Positions 1 to 12,300 of a stretch of 64,000 nucleotides of DNA are shown here, piece by piece. The position numbers were made by a program, and so were the translations under genes. This DNA is from Iphione sp. A-MEVVRFRX5 (lineage: Eukaryota). Location: the NCBI GenBank assembly GCA_976226885.1, contig OZ320318.1, positions 64,542,001-64,606,000 on the forward strand, read 5' to 3'. The notes under the pieces are model-generated. The model was not told the DNA's origin. It did not search any database and saw nothing but the letters and a program-made list of their open reading frames with translations. Numbering within the stretch: position 1 is the stretch's first letter; every line of letters starts with the position of its first letter.

Positions 1-473
1 ACTAATCTCACCCCTAATGGCGATTCCGCCGACGGGGGGCGAGGGCCGCTGTCGGGGTAGGGGTCCCGTGGGGAGCGGCCGGCCGGCTGGGAGGGTCCAT
101 AGTCCCCCGCGGGGAGCTTTCTATGTAAATCTATCCTCATTGATAAATGCGGCAGGTGATGGGAGCTGATGAGGCGGAGAATGAAGTATCTGCCGCTGCT
201 GGGCTGCCGGATTACCTCCGTGTTGTCGGTTGGCCCATTTTGATCTACTCAGCGACCGACCAAACTGAAGGCGTGGAGCCTAGTGGCGGTGGAAGCCAAT
301 GGGCTGGGTTTTGAAGCCATGAAAAGAGGGCAGAAATTAGGCATGGAATATGGTCAGACTTATGATGACGGACCTGTCCATGTATTGGCAGTGAGGTTAC
401 CACAGCAGAACGAAACAGAAAAAGCAGCTGATTATCGCAAAAAATAAAAACAAACTATTTTTGTCCTGTCTTA

Positions 474-565
474 CAGAGAGAGAAAGTAGAGACAGACAGT
501 GTGTATGAGAGAGACAAATAGATTAGATAGACAGGCATACAGAGAGGTAGGCAGGCAGTCAGAGA
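474..565. repeat. Degenerate purine-rich (AG/AGAC/AGAT/AGGC) microsatellite
   Basis: acagagagagaaagtagagacagacag...gatagacaggcatacagagaggtaggcaggcagtcagag seen directly; boundaries approximate. Confidence 0.7.
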
Positions 566-3435
566 AACTAAGAGCAGGAGCGTTGACCCGTCTTAACAAG
601 TTCCAGATTTGCGCAGTATAGTTTCCCGTACATAGTTGTACATAGACGATATTCGGTGATGCCTGGTCTAAGCCAGGATGTAAATACAGATCATCACACC
701 GGCAGTGCTGTCAGCCATTAAAACACTGATATTAGCAGCATGGATAAATAGGGTTGATGGATCCAATAATAATAGCAAGGTCAGAACTGTCAGAACCTGT
801 CAGACCGGAGAAACCGGCTGCGTTGGAGTATTTCTGCAGTTCTGCTCACTCAGTGTACGGACGTCAGCTATGTCTAGAGTTTAGCCTTGCCTTGGGGTGT
901 TCTGGAGGGCTCCAGTAAAAGTGGCTTCGCTCTGAATGTAATACTAACTATTTGGCATTATCATCGACTCCTTTCAAATGCAGGCAAGCCTTAGCTTTCA
1001 TTACCTAAATCAAAGAGACCAACGAATTAAGTGAGGGGGACTTGTGCCAAGCCCACATAGCTGAGCCAGATGGCTGGGCGCCCGCGCTGTAGGCTAGCGT
1101 CCAACATCCACGGGAACACAGCATCTTTACTCGTTCCCTCCTGTGTAATCCCCATTACAATGACCACGTCTTTCTGGAATTAGACTGTCATGCGAATGTA
1201 CCATCGTTTGCAGCAGTTGCCAATATACTTGTATGTTTGCGCACAGTTTGTTGTACATGTACGTGATACCTCGTGATTTGTAAATTTATTTGTAGTGTGC
1301 CCAACACATACAGATTTCAGAATTAAATGATGTGGAATATATATTCGTTTTATCTACTATGTCCTTAACATAGTACATGTATAGTTCTAGGATTTTTTTT
1401 GTTGGAACTAGGCCAACTGCAGTGATGAGCTTATTTTCAAACTGTATGTACAAAAAAATATAATTAGCTTATTTTGTTATCTTAGAGTGATTTTAGGCAT
1501 TTTGTACCGTCCTGGCATAATTTGATTCCCCATCTGCGTCTCCTGCTCACACGTTCACTCACTCAGTTACCGTCCCTGCTGAGTGAGTTGCTCTGTCTCG
1601 CTCCACAACTCCTGTTCCACCCAATAGTCAAGCTGGAATCCAAGTCACACTTTCCGAAGGTGATCATTTCGCCGCCTCTGATTCGATTTGCCGTCTTTAT
1701 TGCATTTTCTTTCCAATCTAGTCTGTAAAGGAACCGGATTCGCCGGTGGCGGTCATGCATGGGTAACGCTACCCTCGGCCAATAGCACATTTCTGTCACA
1801 AACTCAATCTCCCGCCGGCCGCCAGCGCACACTGCACCTTGCCAGCAATCTCCCTCTCGGCTCCTCCTGCTCAAGTATCTTCGCTAAATTCCCCCATCCT
1901 TGTCAAAAAAGCGGCCCATGTTTGAGGGGAATGCCGATGCCTGAACTATCTTTGAGGTAAAGAAAAGAAAAGCTAGGCCATTTCTTTTCTACACATTGCA
2001 TATTTCTGCTCTTGTCCCCCTGCAAATACCTCAAGATGGATTGCTGTGATCTGTTTATGGCACTAGATTACCCATCAAACAAACACCAAAACCTCTCAGC
2101 GTTTTAGTTGAAACGCCTACCCACCCTAGTTCGCTTTTATTGTTCGCATACTAAAGGAGCAGGAGGGATTGTATAGAGCGAAGGGGCATGGACAGACATG
2201 GGCAGGGTTGGCGACAGGCACATGGCATCATGCACTTGAAGGATCTGTCATCGTATGAGCAGCGTTCGTCATCTGGGCATCATCTGGGTAGTAAAGACCG
2301 ATGAGAGCCCTGTGAGAGGAAAGGAAAGTGAGCGAACGGGTCCCCGCGCCGATTCTGCTACTAGCGGGCATCATTCAATTTCTTGGTAGATGATCGCATT
2401 TCGGTGACATTTTGAGGAAAAGTAGTTGTTGGTGGCACCTAGCTCTGAGGTTTTCATCATAAGATGGGGCAGGGGGGGGCTGTTATTTGATTGGCCATTC
2501 CCATCGCCTTCATATGCCTCAACGCTGGTTCATGATAGCAGCCATTGCCATGCATCCGTATTAGCTCAGTCTTTTCAGTAAAAAGAGTTGCTAAAAGATT
2601 TTAATGCAATCACCATCCTCCTTTACTTTTTTTTCAAAATATAAACTGCATACCACCCCTTACGGCGTATGCCTTCATATTCATTCATATTCGTTTTTAC
2701 TGTTTAAGGAATAATCCGTGTACTGCATAGGATGTATTTGTGTGTACATGTACATGTATACCGTGTATATATGTCACCCAAAGCGCACAATATTACAGTG
2801 TAGTTCTACATATTCCTCAGCGTTTCTGGTGTGAGGCTAGTAGCAGAGAACATGGTACACACATTATGTTAAAGTAATCGGCCTCAGTCCGCCCACGTGT
2901 GTGCCCTTATAAACATACACAAAATGTCCGACCAGTTATTCTACTTTCTACCCCAAATCGAGCTCCACTCCCCAAACACCTACGTCCTGTCGATAAATCA
3001 GACAACGCCTAAATCGCATGATATTTGCGTAATGATCAATAAGGAAATGCAGGAGCGGGGCCGTGGCCGGTGAGAGAAAAATCCTGATATGATGAGGCCA
3101 CCCGCTAGGAGGTGTTAGCGGCGCTAACACTGAGTGACCTTGGTGGCGTTAGTGGCGGACCGACCCCTCCTGCCCCAGTGATATGGACGGTGTGCGTGGG
3201 TGCGGGGCGCTGGGGGAGGCCGCGTTCGGAGGTTGAGAGTGGCTGAGTGAGATGGGTTTTACTAAAGATGTTAGGGCGAGCGATCACTCAATTTGCCGAC
3301 TAGATCTAACCGGGTTAGGTGTCACAACACGGCGCTGCACGACAATGGCCGTTCGGGAGGCAGACCGGGCGAGCCAGCCGCCCGGAGTGCAGCCTTGTGA
3401 AGGGAAAGGTAGGCCGAGGGGGGAGGGGTATTGTG

Positions 3436-3449
3436 GTTGCCATGGTGAC
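3436..3449. promoter_or_regulatory. RFX X-box-like palindromic motif GTTGCCATGGTGAC
   Basis: 14-bp near-palindrome, one mismatch from the RFX consensus GTNRCC(N0-3)RGYAAC. Function not demonstrated. Confidence 0.35.
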
Positions 3450-4102
3450 CGAGGATACCGGAAGATTGATTGATTCTATGGACCAGGCGAAGCCTGTTAT
3501 CGGTCGGTGGGTATTGTTATGGTGCTCGTGTGCCAGTCCGGAGCAGGGGGCAGGAGGTAGTGGGTTGTCCGAGCCGTCTTTTCTTAAAGGGGTCCGCGTA
3601 GAGGCGATTACGTAGCAGCCTTTTCTTAGTCGGAGGCAATCCGACAGTAAGTGATAAGATTTCGATTGAATAAGATCCACATTACGGTAATCTTTGTCAT
3701 TCACAAATGACCTCTAATTGTTAACACAAGTCATACTATATGTACAAACAAAGTGTTAGAATATTTTAGTCATGAATTACCTTACAGCAAACGTAATATA
3801 TGCTCAAGATGATCAACATCGACATCAATTTTGACACTGTCTGTGCTGTCTGTCTCTCTGTTGGTCATCCCTTCCCTCTCTTTATTTCTTGTTTGTTTTC
3901 CCCTAGAACGTTCGAAACTTACTTTTTGTTACGCGAAAATAAATTATTTCTTTGCAGCGCGGGTATTGTCTCCGACACGAATGTCGAAGGAAAATGCTAC
4001 ATATTCCAAGTGTGCAGATGAAAAAAGGGACTTGGTAAATTCATGTTAAATTTTTAATGATGTGTTTTCACTGCACCATCAGGGCCATAAGCGTCAGTGT
4101 CA

Positions 4103-4201
4103 TGTCCTACATGTTCCCTGGTTGACATTGATTATTAAAACAATTTTTAAAGGCATTTTCACCGAGACGTGATCAGTCATGTTCAAAACTTCCAAGAAAT
4201 C
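4103..4201 (-). pseudogene. Possible decayed Pif1/Helitron helicase fragment
   Basis: The end of ORF 4100..4336(-) reads DFLEVLNMTDHVSVKMPLKIVLIINVNQGTCRT, loosely like the Helitron/Pif1 segment EFLNSLN...LKVGxPIMLLRNLN..GLCNGT. Similarity judged by eye only; no other helicase or Rep motifs nearby. Confidence 0.15.
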
Positions 4202-4247
4202 AAATTGCTGCTGAGGACAAGGGGATGAGCAATCATGCTGAATTATT

Positions 4248-4343
4248 TTAACCCTTGTGTTCAGTGATCGATCGGGTGAAAGTATTTTTACGTATCGATC
4301 ACAGGTTTTCGTCCTCATCGTGGGCAAGGTCTGCAAGGGTTAG
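4248..4343. mobile_element. Possible tiny piggyBac-like relic (TTAA|CCCTTG ... CAAGGG|TTAG)
   Basis: Perfect 9-bp inverted repeat taacccttg (4249-4257) / caagggtta (4334-4342). Left flank is TTAA, right flank TTAG; 88 bp from 4252 to 4339. Confidence 0.25.
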
Positions 4344-6420
4344 TGTTTTTTTTGTAATATCACTTTTGATTTATAGGACAGTAACATCCAGCTGCTTTGT
4401 ACATGATTCATAAGGGAGAATAGGCCCGCATACTATAGAAACCACTAGGGAAGCCACAAGGGAAGCCACGGGCGCAATGGTCAACAGAAATCCCCGTATC
4501 GGGAATTTCAGAGACACCTTAAGGGCCTTAAGTTTGACGTGGGAGACGATAACACGTAAACGAATCTGTTGTGCTCGGGGGCGTTAGTATCGCTTTAAGG
4601 CAGATTGCAGCCAAGATTGAGAAGCCATGTCGGCCAGCCTGTCACCTCCAGGTCGCAAGGGGATAGAGACAGCTTGGGTCTGGGCGGGTTGAGGGCCGGT
4701 TGCAACGGTGCAGCATGTAGGTGCCTCTGGTTGGCTGAAGGTGTGGCAAAGGAACAGGCTTCGTGTAAAAGCTGTCGCGACATCCGAACACCCCTGCCCC
4801 CCCCCCCCAAGACCACCAAGCCACAGCTCATCACCCCACCCCACCACCCCCCTACTGACGCCAGTGGTGTTATCTTGCCCAGAAGCCCACGGGATCCCAC
4901 CCGCACCACCGACAACGCTCGGCTGTGAAGACGTGTAATCGGGAGGCGCCATTTTTCCCCGGCATGGACCGCAGCCCTACCCAGCTGTTTGTTCCTGTTC
5001 TCACCCGAAACCGACTGACTTTTCCCAGCCGTCTCTCTTCCTGACAAATAAACAACGCAGGTTGGTCACCCGTTTCACTGCGACTCACACAGAGAACATA
5101 TGTGGTGTTGTATAAGCGGTGATCACATTATATGTCATGGCACAAACAATACTCCCTACGGTGACAAATATTTGTTTATAAAGGAAATGACACGAAACCC
5201 TACGAAAAAATACCAGTAGCAGTGCACATAGCAGTATTGTTTGTGGTTTCTGGTAAGATAGCAAAACAGCTCATTTATAGACTGATGTCTCCCTGTAAAC
5301 AGCGATTAGGTATTTTTCTATTTCATGACACAGCATGCAACTGCATGTTCTCGTTATAATCATATTTTTTGTCGAACTTCCGGGATTATGATCGAAAACG
5401 CGATGGTTGTCAAATTTCCATAAACATTGAAAAGCGTCAGCAGGAACATGTAACGCTTAGGACGACAGTGTTATAATGTGTTCGGCGGTGGTGTGATGGA
5501 TGGTGAAGATGCGGGCCAACCCGTCATCAATAGTAGAATCTGAGGTAGTGTAACCGGACGATCGTACGTTGGACTGGTATAGACAGCGGACAACAGGGCG
5601 CGCTGTCGTGTGAAAGGTGGCGGGGGGCAGATTGATGGTGGTTCCGCGCGGCGGCCGTTAGTCTACACGCTATCCCACTAGATAGCGGCCTGATTGAGGC
5701 TAAAGCCACCATTGATTGATCTGCCTAGGTGAGAGAGGTGAGTGGGTGTTCATGCATTTGGATTAGCGCTGGCTCCGGGAGAGCTTGGGAAACGACAAAA
5801 AGAAGACGGCATTAAGAAAGAGAGTAACAATATCGTCCGAAAAACTTAAAATATTAGGCGAGAGATATCTGGAGAGAATGAGTTGAGAGGCAGAATGACC
5901 CGCCAGGTCGGAAGGAAGAAAGGGGAATAAGCGACGATAAGACAAAGGAGAAGATAGCGGAATTCACGGAGTTGGAGGGTGTGAGGTCATGGCCTGATAT
6001 GCCATCTTGGTGGATCATCCCACGGACAAGTGCTTTTCCATGTAAAACGATTAACACCCGCCCGTGGTACTGTCGCTCCGCGATCAGCGCCATCCGCTCG
6101 ACCTCGTCGCATTGCTATCCAATACGACCAACCGGCATAAGAAAAAAAATCCAAATCTAGGGAGAAGCACGCGAACAAGTTCTTCTTAGCCCTGGCTAAA
6201 AAATTCGTTTGGGTTTAACAAATTAGTGTGTTTCGCAGTATTTGTTGGGAAGCGTTTTTATCATCTGGCTTCGACGCGGAAGGGCTTTTCCTCTCTTTTT
6301 TTCAGAGGTGGATGTGTTAAAATCTTCTCTTGATCAAACAATTTGCGGCCTAAGCCTCGGTAATGTGCCGCCGCCGGCAAAACCATTTCCCCTAATGAAC
6401 GTCGTATTGATGATTGTCTT

Positions 6421-6488
6421 ATCACCATGGCAACCGCAGTCTCGGCAGGCGCTTGCCATTGTTTCTGACTTCCGGCATTGACTTCCGG
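6421..6488. promoter_or_regulatory. X-box-like motif plus tandem ETS motifs, next to a CpG-rich patch
   Basis: ATCACCATGGCAAC at 6421-6434 (13/14 identical to the reverse complement of the 3436 motif). ACTTCCGG (ETS CCGGAAGT, reverse strand) at 6468-6475 and 6481-6488. GC/CpG-rich sequence follows to about 6620. Confidence 0.35.
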
Positions 6489-8877
6489 GTAGCAGAGGGG
6501 AGGGGTGAGGCATCATCGACCGACTTAAGCCGGCGGGTCGACCACGGCGCGGCGTTTATGATAGGATATGCATGCATGCCAAATACGCGCCGGCCGGAAA
6601 CGCCGTCGACTCAAATGGGTTGATATTTGTCCACTCGCTTTCACGGCCACTTTGACCGCACAGAGCAAGGTGCATCGTGGACCGAACGATCAATAGATGT
6701 CGCTGCGGCACAGGCAAGTTTTGATGGTGGAAGGAAGGGAGGAGTCCGACCGCGTTGGCTTGGAGAGGGGGAAGCACAGGACAGAGAATGACAAAGAGGT
6801 GGTGGTAGTAGTGCACCAGTAGGCAAAGTAGTCAGGACGAAAAATGATTTGGGTCTAGACGCTTGAAGGCGGTGGTGTACAGCGAGGTCAGCTTTCACTA
6901 TTTATTACTCACGCGGTGACGATTCTATGCTCGTAACGCTTCTCATAACTACTCAATTTGGCCGGTGCGGAGGGTTAGATGCGCGCTGAGCACGCGTGCT
7001 TCGTGTAAATAAACGGCCGACGAGCGCCCGCCTCCATCGGCGCGGCCTAGATTGTGGGCGCGACCTGCCCCGACTCCCCAGGTCGTCACTGTCGATCTGC
7101 AGAGCTGCAACGGAAATGGCAGGGAGGCGAGTGACAACGGGGCCGTCTCCATGCGGTGCAGGGCGTGTCTGTACGTCAGTAAGCGCGTCTGTTTGAGGAC
7201 ACATTAGCAAAGAAGATAACGTCATGTGTACAATTTGTGCTTGACAGTGACCTGAGGCAACTTGTGTTTGGCTTCGCGTTTATTGCACTTTTTAAAATGT
7301 TGGTTTTTGCGTCAAGTTTGTACCATAGAGCGTCAGAAAAGAGACCTCTCTTTTTGAAGTTAAGCTTGAATGGCAGTTGAGTAGATCGTTTGTAAACTAA
7401 ATATTCGAGAAATAATCCGCCCCGAATAAAGGATTCCCGGGGTCGGCTCGGCCCATAAACAACTCTTATTGTCCCTTGTACTGTCAGTGTAAATGGCCGC
7501 TGAGAGAGAAAATCATGGTCGAAGGAACCAATGGCGATGTTTTATCACAGCAAATGGAGTGTGGGTTGCGGCTGGCGCCACCCTGTGGGGCAGCCACAGT
7601 TGTTCAGCGACTATATCCTGCGGCGCTTGGCGCCCCCTACCGACGACCTGTAATGGCCGCCCCCTTCCCCTCCCCCAACTTCCCCTGGTAGTCGGTGGGC
7701 GGGTGGCCGTCACCGGGGTCCAATCAGGCAGCGATGACATAAAGTGGTCAACGCGCCTTCTACAGCACCGAACGGACTCATTATTTATCGGGCGGCCACC
7801 ACGCCACCCTTAAATGCGTTTATGACAATAACGGGCTCTCATTGGATGTGGCCCCGGCCGCAGACTTTAATGGTGGATGGTAACGCATGGAGAGCGTGGC
7901 TGGAGAATTCATCGGCGCGAAGCTGATCGGGCAAGGTGTTGTAATTCAGCTCGGTGCCTCTGTCGGTGATATGAAACAATAGCACCCATATCTTCATAAT
8001 ACAGGAGCCATCGCTGACAGCAGTAAGCAAGTCAATAAAGAGTTCGGCAAACACGAGCTCTACTCGTGGTTGGGCTATCATAAATAACGTGCGACAGGTA
8101 TTATGGGCCTCCACCAATGTAAGCTGTCAGACTGCCTAGACCTATTGGCCTTAACCTCTGACCTTCGGATCCTGCCAAGGTGAAGTCAAGGTTGGGTATT
8201 CTGGGGTCACCAGCGGTGAGAAGGGGTGGGGAGTGGGAGGACGAAGGGAGGAGGCGGGGGAAGGTTGTCTGTGAACGGGGCAGGAAATGGCTCTACGTGG
8301 TTTGGCACGATGTCGGAAAGGAGCGTCTGAGTTATGTGTGGCCACTAGGCGGATCAGTGGAGCTTGCGGCCGTCCTTTTTGGCCGCCCCTTGCCATCGCT
8401 CACCCACCCGACCACCACACACTGCCCACCTCCCTGTCTACCTACTTACCTAACCAGTGCCGAGTGTCCTGCCGACCGTCACTTGATCGTCATCTCCGGA
8501 GACCGGAAGGCAAAGAGTCACGCCCGCCACCACTAGCTACACCACTAGCTTTCAGCATGGCCAGCAACAGTCAGGCCCGTAGAAACACTGCTGGTAAACT
8601 GCAGGCAGGTATTTGAACTAACCTTGCCCAGGGCTGTTGGATATCCACCAACAGGAACTAATATCGATGTAGGCTTGGAAAAGCCAATTGACAAAGTACT
8701 TGGTGCAGTTGTAGAAATGCATTTTTTTCAGGTGTTTTTTTTAGAATGGTATGGACTGGAAGTCATATCTATTTACATTTACATGCGCATGCACTCTTAG
8801 GCGAACAAAGTCTCCACGGGGCCATGCAGACAAAAAATGTACAAATATGTTTTAATGTACCCTACAGAAATGATCTT

Positions 8878-8906
8878 TATATATATGTTGATATATATAT
8901 ATATAT
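8878..8906. repeat. Interrupted (TA)n microsatellite
   Basis: tatatatatgttgatatatatatatatat seen directly. Confidence 0.8.
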
Positions 8907-9099
8907 AAGCACTGCAGTGCAACAACGGTAGATACCTGTCACCGGTTGACATACACAGCTGTTCTCCATCAAGGCAGCCAGATGAGTACATGTACATCTA
9001 CTAAATTGGGTCCCAAAGTAGTATAATGAGTGTAGAATTTGGATCTGGCACTTTCTTTGCAGTTGTTATTCTGTTTTCCAGTCTTTTTTTCTGTCTGCC

Positions 9100-9310
9100 G
9101 ATAGACATGTGTCTCTTCCTACCTCCGTCTCGCTGTCTCACTCTGTGTCATGTTTGTTTGCCACCCTCTGTGTCCCTCCTTCCCACTCGCACCTTCAACC
9201 TCTCTCTGTCTGCCACCTTCTGTATCTTCCTAACTCCCTGTTTCTTTGCTTCCTTCTTTATAACCTTCTTTCCAGTGATACCCCCCTCCCTTGCTGTTTC
9301 CTCAGTGCTT
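9100..9310. repeat. Pyrimidine-rich low-complexity tract (degenerate CT/TGTC)
   Basis: Strong C/T bias with runs of tctc, ctgtc and ttct; boundaries approximate. Confidence 0.55.
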
Positions 9311-12300
9311 ACAGCCAGGAATGTCAGTTGATTATATTTACCCTCGGGGCCGAATATTGATGGATAGGCTCTCACAATGAAATATTCAGTGCAGTGTATC
9401 AGCATCAAGTACAGGTTAACCAAGACCCGTGCGGTCGGGGAGAAAACATAGTGGCTAAGAGGTCTGATGTATGCTGTAGTTTACAGTCAGTTTGTTTTTA
9501 GTGGTGACCCGACCATTTTCCTTTTTTTTACAGGGGGGGAGCTATTGCAGTATAGTTTAGTTTTCTTATCATGATTTTGACCCCTTTCCCTATATATTCA
9601 TTGTTTGGGTGTAACTGATTTATCTGACCTATCCCTCAGCTGATTTGCTCCTTTTAGTTTCGTCATGGCACACCGCTTCACTAGCCGTCCTGTAGCTCGG
9701 CCGGCATCTAATCTGAGGCCGGTGCTTTAAAACCAGGGTGTGTATTCGGTGCGCGTTTGCTTCTTCTCTTGTGTATGCGGGCGCGGCACCAGCGCCCTCT
9801 GGCGATGACCCCCTCGGGCTGCAGCAGCCAGCTAGCAGCACACCATAATGACACAACGCCCACTGGACACCCCCTCCCCCCTCCCCAAGCACACACACAC
9901 CTCTCAATTGCTCATCCTCCAGCGAACTTGCCGCCGAGGAATTACCAATGATCGAACGGTCATTATAGCCTGAGGATAGTGCGAAAGGTTCTCAGGACGA
10001 AATGGGTATAGCTTTTGCTTATTGTAAAAAAAATGGCTGAATTATTCACTTCGCCGATTGGTGTTTGGAGTTTTGTAGAGTGCATTGGTGGCACCGAGGC
10101 TACGTACATACCCGGAGGCCTCAGCGGAAACAGTTGTAACATCTTCACATTTCCCTGTTTGACATATACCTCCAAGAAGTAAACGTCACAACTGCTTGCC
10201 TCTGCCCTTAGCTGCCCCTCTTTGTTGTAAACACTCGTGCTGGTTGCTGTTGTTATCCTAATCGTCTACTTCCTCTACAGATCCTTGTAGTTTGTGTCTC
10301 ATCCTTGCATACGATCGCCCCCCCCCCTCCTACCTCCAGCTGCTGCCATCCCGAGTTTTCACTAGTCTCACGGTATTATTCCCCTTAAAGCCATCGGGAT
10401 CCGACGTCACAACACCCACCCACCCACCACCCCCGCCGCCTACCCACGCGTGGGGCCGTTGGCGCTGGCAGCGTTGGTCAATGCTCACTTTTGTAACGTG
10501 CTGATTCCGGTCGGCTCCCAGTGGCCAGGTGCTGATAGTTTTTGATAAGGACCTTGGTGGCTGGCTCCCCGTCGATAAGCCCGTGCTGCGGCACTCGCCT
10601 CCCCCCGGACAGCCGGATGGAGATTGAAAACGATGGTCCCGCTGGGTCGGGATGGCGGGCGGCAAACGTGCACCGCCGGCTAACGCGGCCGCCGGACCTT
10701 TTATCGTCTGGGCCGTCGGGGCTCCGGCGGGACCTGCCGTAGAATGGGGGGCGGGGGTGAGGAGGGTGTCGGCGGTCCCTTCGTTCTAAGTGGTTTGGGA
10801 ATTGTGCGCCATGTGCACTCGCTCCCCGAGCTCACAAAACATCTCGGTCGCGCTGGAAATGAAATTTGTGCTGGGAGCAAGATGGAAGAGTTGGATTCGG
10901 GATATGCCCAGCCCGCAATGATGGGGGCATTGTGTGCGCAACTGTCTCGTGTATATATTACTGTCGGAGTAGCATAACGCTGGCGATCAGAAAGGACAAC
11001 CCAATGGCCACCTATTCCTGCTCTCCATCACATGTACACGTATATGACATCAGCATTCCAAACCGTAATGAATACGTTTGTCCCTAGTATTGCCGAACGC
11101 CTTTCTTGCCCACCTATAAAGATATGGCGCTGAAGGAATGCAATGGGGCTTCTCCATGAGAGAGCAATTTATTCATTCCCCTCCGCTCCCTTCCCGCCTA
11201 ACGTTGCTAGGGCTAAGGTATCCAGGTCAACAAGCAGCCGCCATTCATGACAGATTCCAATTGCCGTCTCGCAAGAATGCGATGAAGATCTCATTTTTGA
11301 CATCAAGTGCAGTCGGAGCTGATTGAAAGTTGGCGAAAGTTGACCCGAGCCCGAAGTGGGAATGGGAGCCACTCGTGGAGCCCCCGGGTGTGTACCGCTG
11401 CCTGTTTGTATACAGCTCAGTGTCTGTATGCGGAGAGGTGGCCAACGAGGCTCGTGAGAGAGGGAGAAGCCACATCGACTGGCTTCCGCTGTTCTTTTGT
11501 CTTGACTGATAAGGAGGCCTCACCCGAAGCCACCACCTACGCCGACACCGGGCTGAGCGCCAACGCCCCACTTGTCGGCTTGGGTGTCGGGGTCCGCCCA
11601 GCGCGCCAAGGTATCGGCCCTGGACGGGGAAATGCACACCAAAGCGCTGAGGCCATGGTCGTTGGCCTAGCTGAGTGCAAATACACTGAAAGAACTGAAA
11701 TAACGCGAGTTAATAAGGTATCGTTTGTTTTAGGTCACTCGACCCAAGTAAAAAGAAATACCCCTCTGAGCGGGTGGGTTAGTTTAGCTTTTCCCGCTGA
11801 AGAAAAATGGTTTCATTGCCAGCTGAAGAGTAAAAGAAAACGCGCCGCCGGGGACTAGGATTACATGTAATCACGTGACCCGCTGACGCTCCCCTGCCCG
11901 CTCGGGGGGGATCCTGTTTGAGATCGCTGTAAATGTAGGATCTAGTGAGATGGAAAACGAAATGACTAGGCCTCCTGAGCCGTCCCCGGAGACGCGCTAG
12001 TTTCCCCCTGGAGGGGTCTCGAGGTCGCCGAGTGGGAGGTCGCTCGTGGTGGGACAATATCAACACGGGCTCCTCTAACACACGACCCCACCGGGACTTG
12101 GCCGCATTAAAAACGGCGGCGAACTGGGCCCGATTGGCCGGATTGGATGTTGCAGACGGGAAAAGGAGGAGATAGCAGAGGGCGGTCTTTTGTGCACTAG
12201 CCATTCACCGACCAGTGCACCAGCACCGGCACCAGCAGCTGCTACCATTGGCAGTAGGAAGGGACTGCCATTTCATCAGGAAACTAATACTACTACGACT

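Noticed and set aside
3112-3130. Perfect hairpin GTGTTAGC-GGC-GCTAACAC
   Set aside because: An 8-bp stem with a short loop is expected a few times by chance in 64 kb, and there is no supporting context.
4447-4469. Direct repeat AGGGAAGCCAC x2 (similar doublets at 8529-8550 and 22606-22633)
   Set aside because: Adjacent two-copy slippage duplications with no spacers; not CRISPR-like and not target-site duplications around an insert.
11307-11858. 183-aa ORF (+); also 44301..44852(-) 183 aa and 16390..16929(-) 179 aa
   Set aside because: No recognisable motif, mixed composition, and overlap with ORFs in other frames; lengths are plausible by chance.
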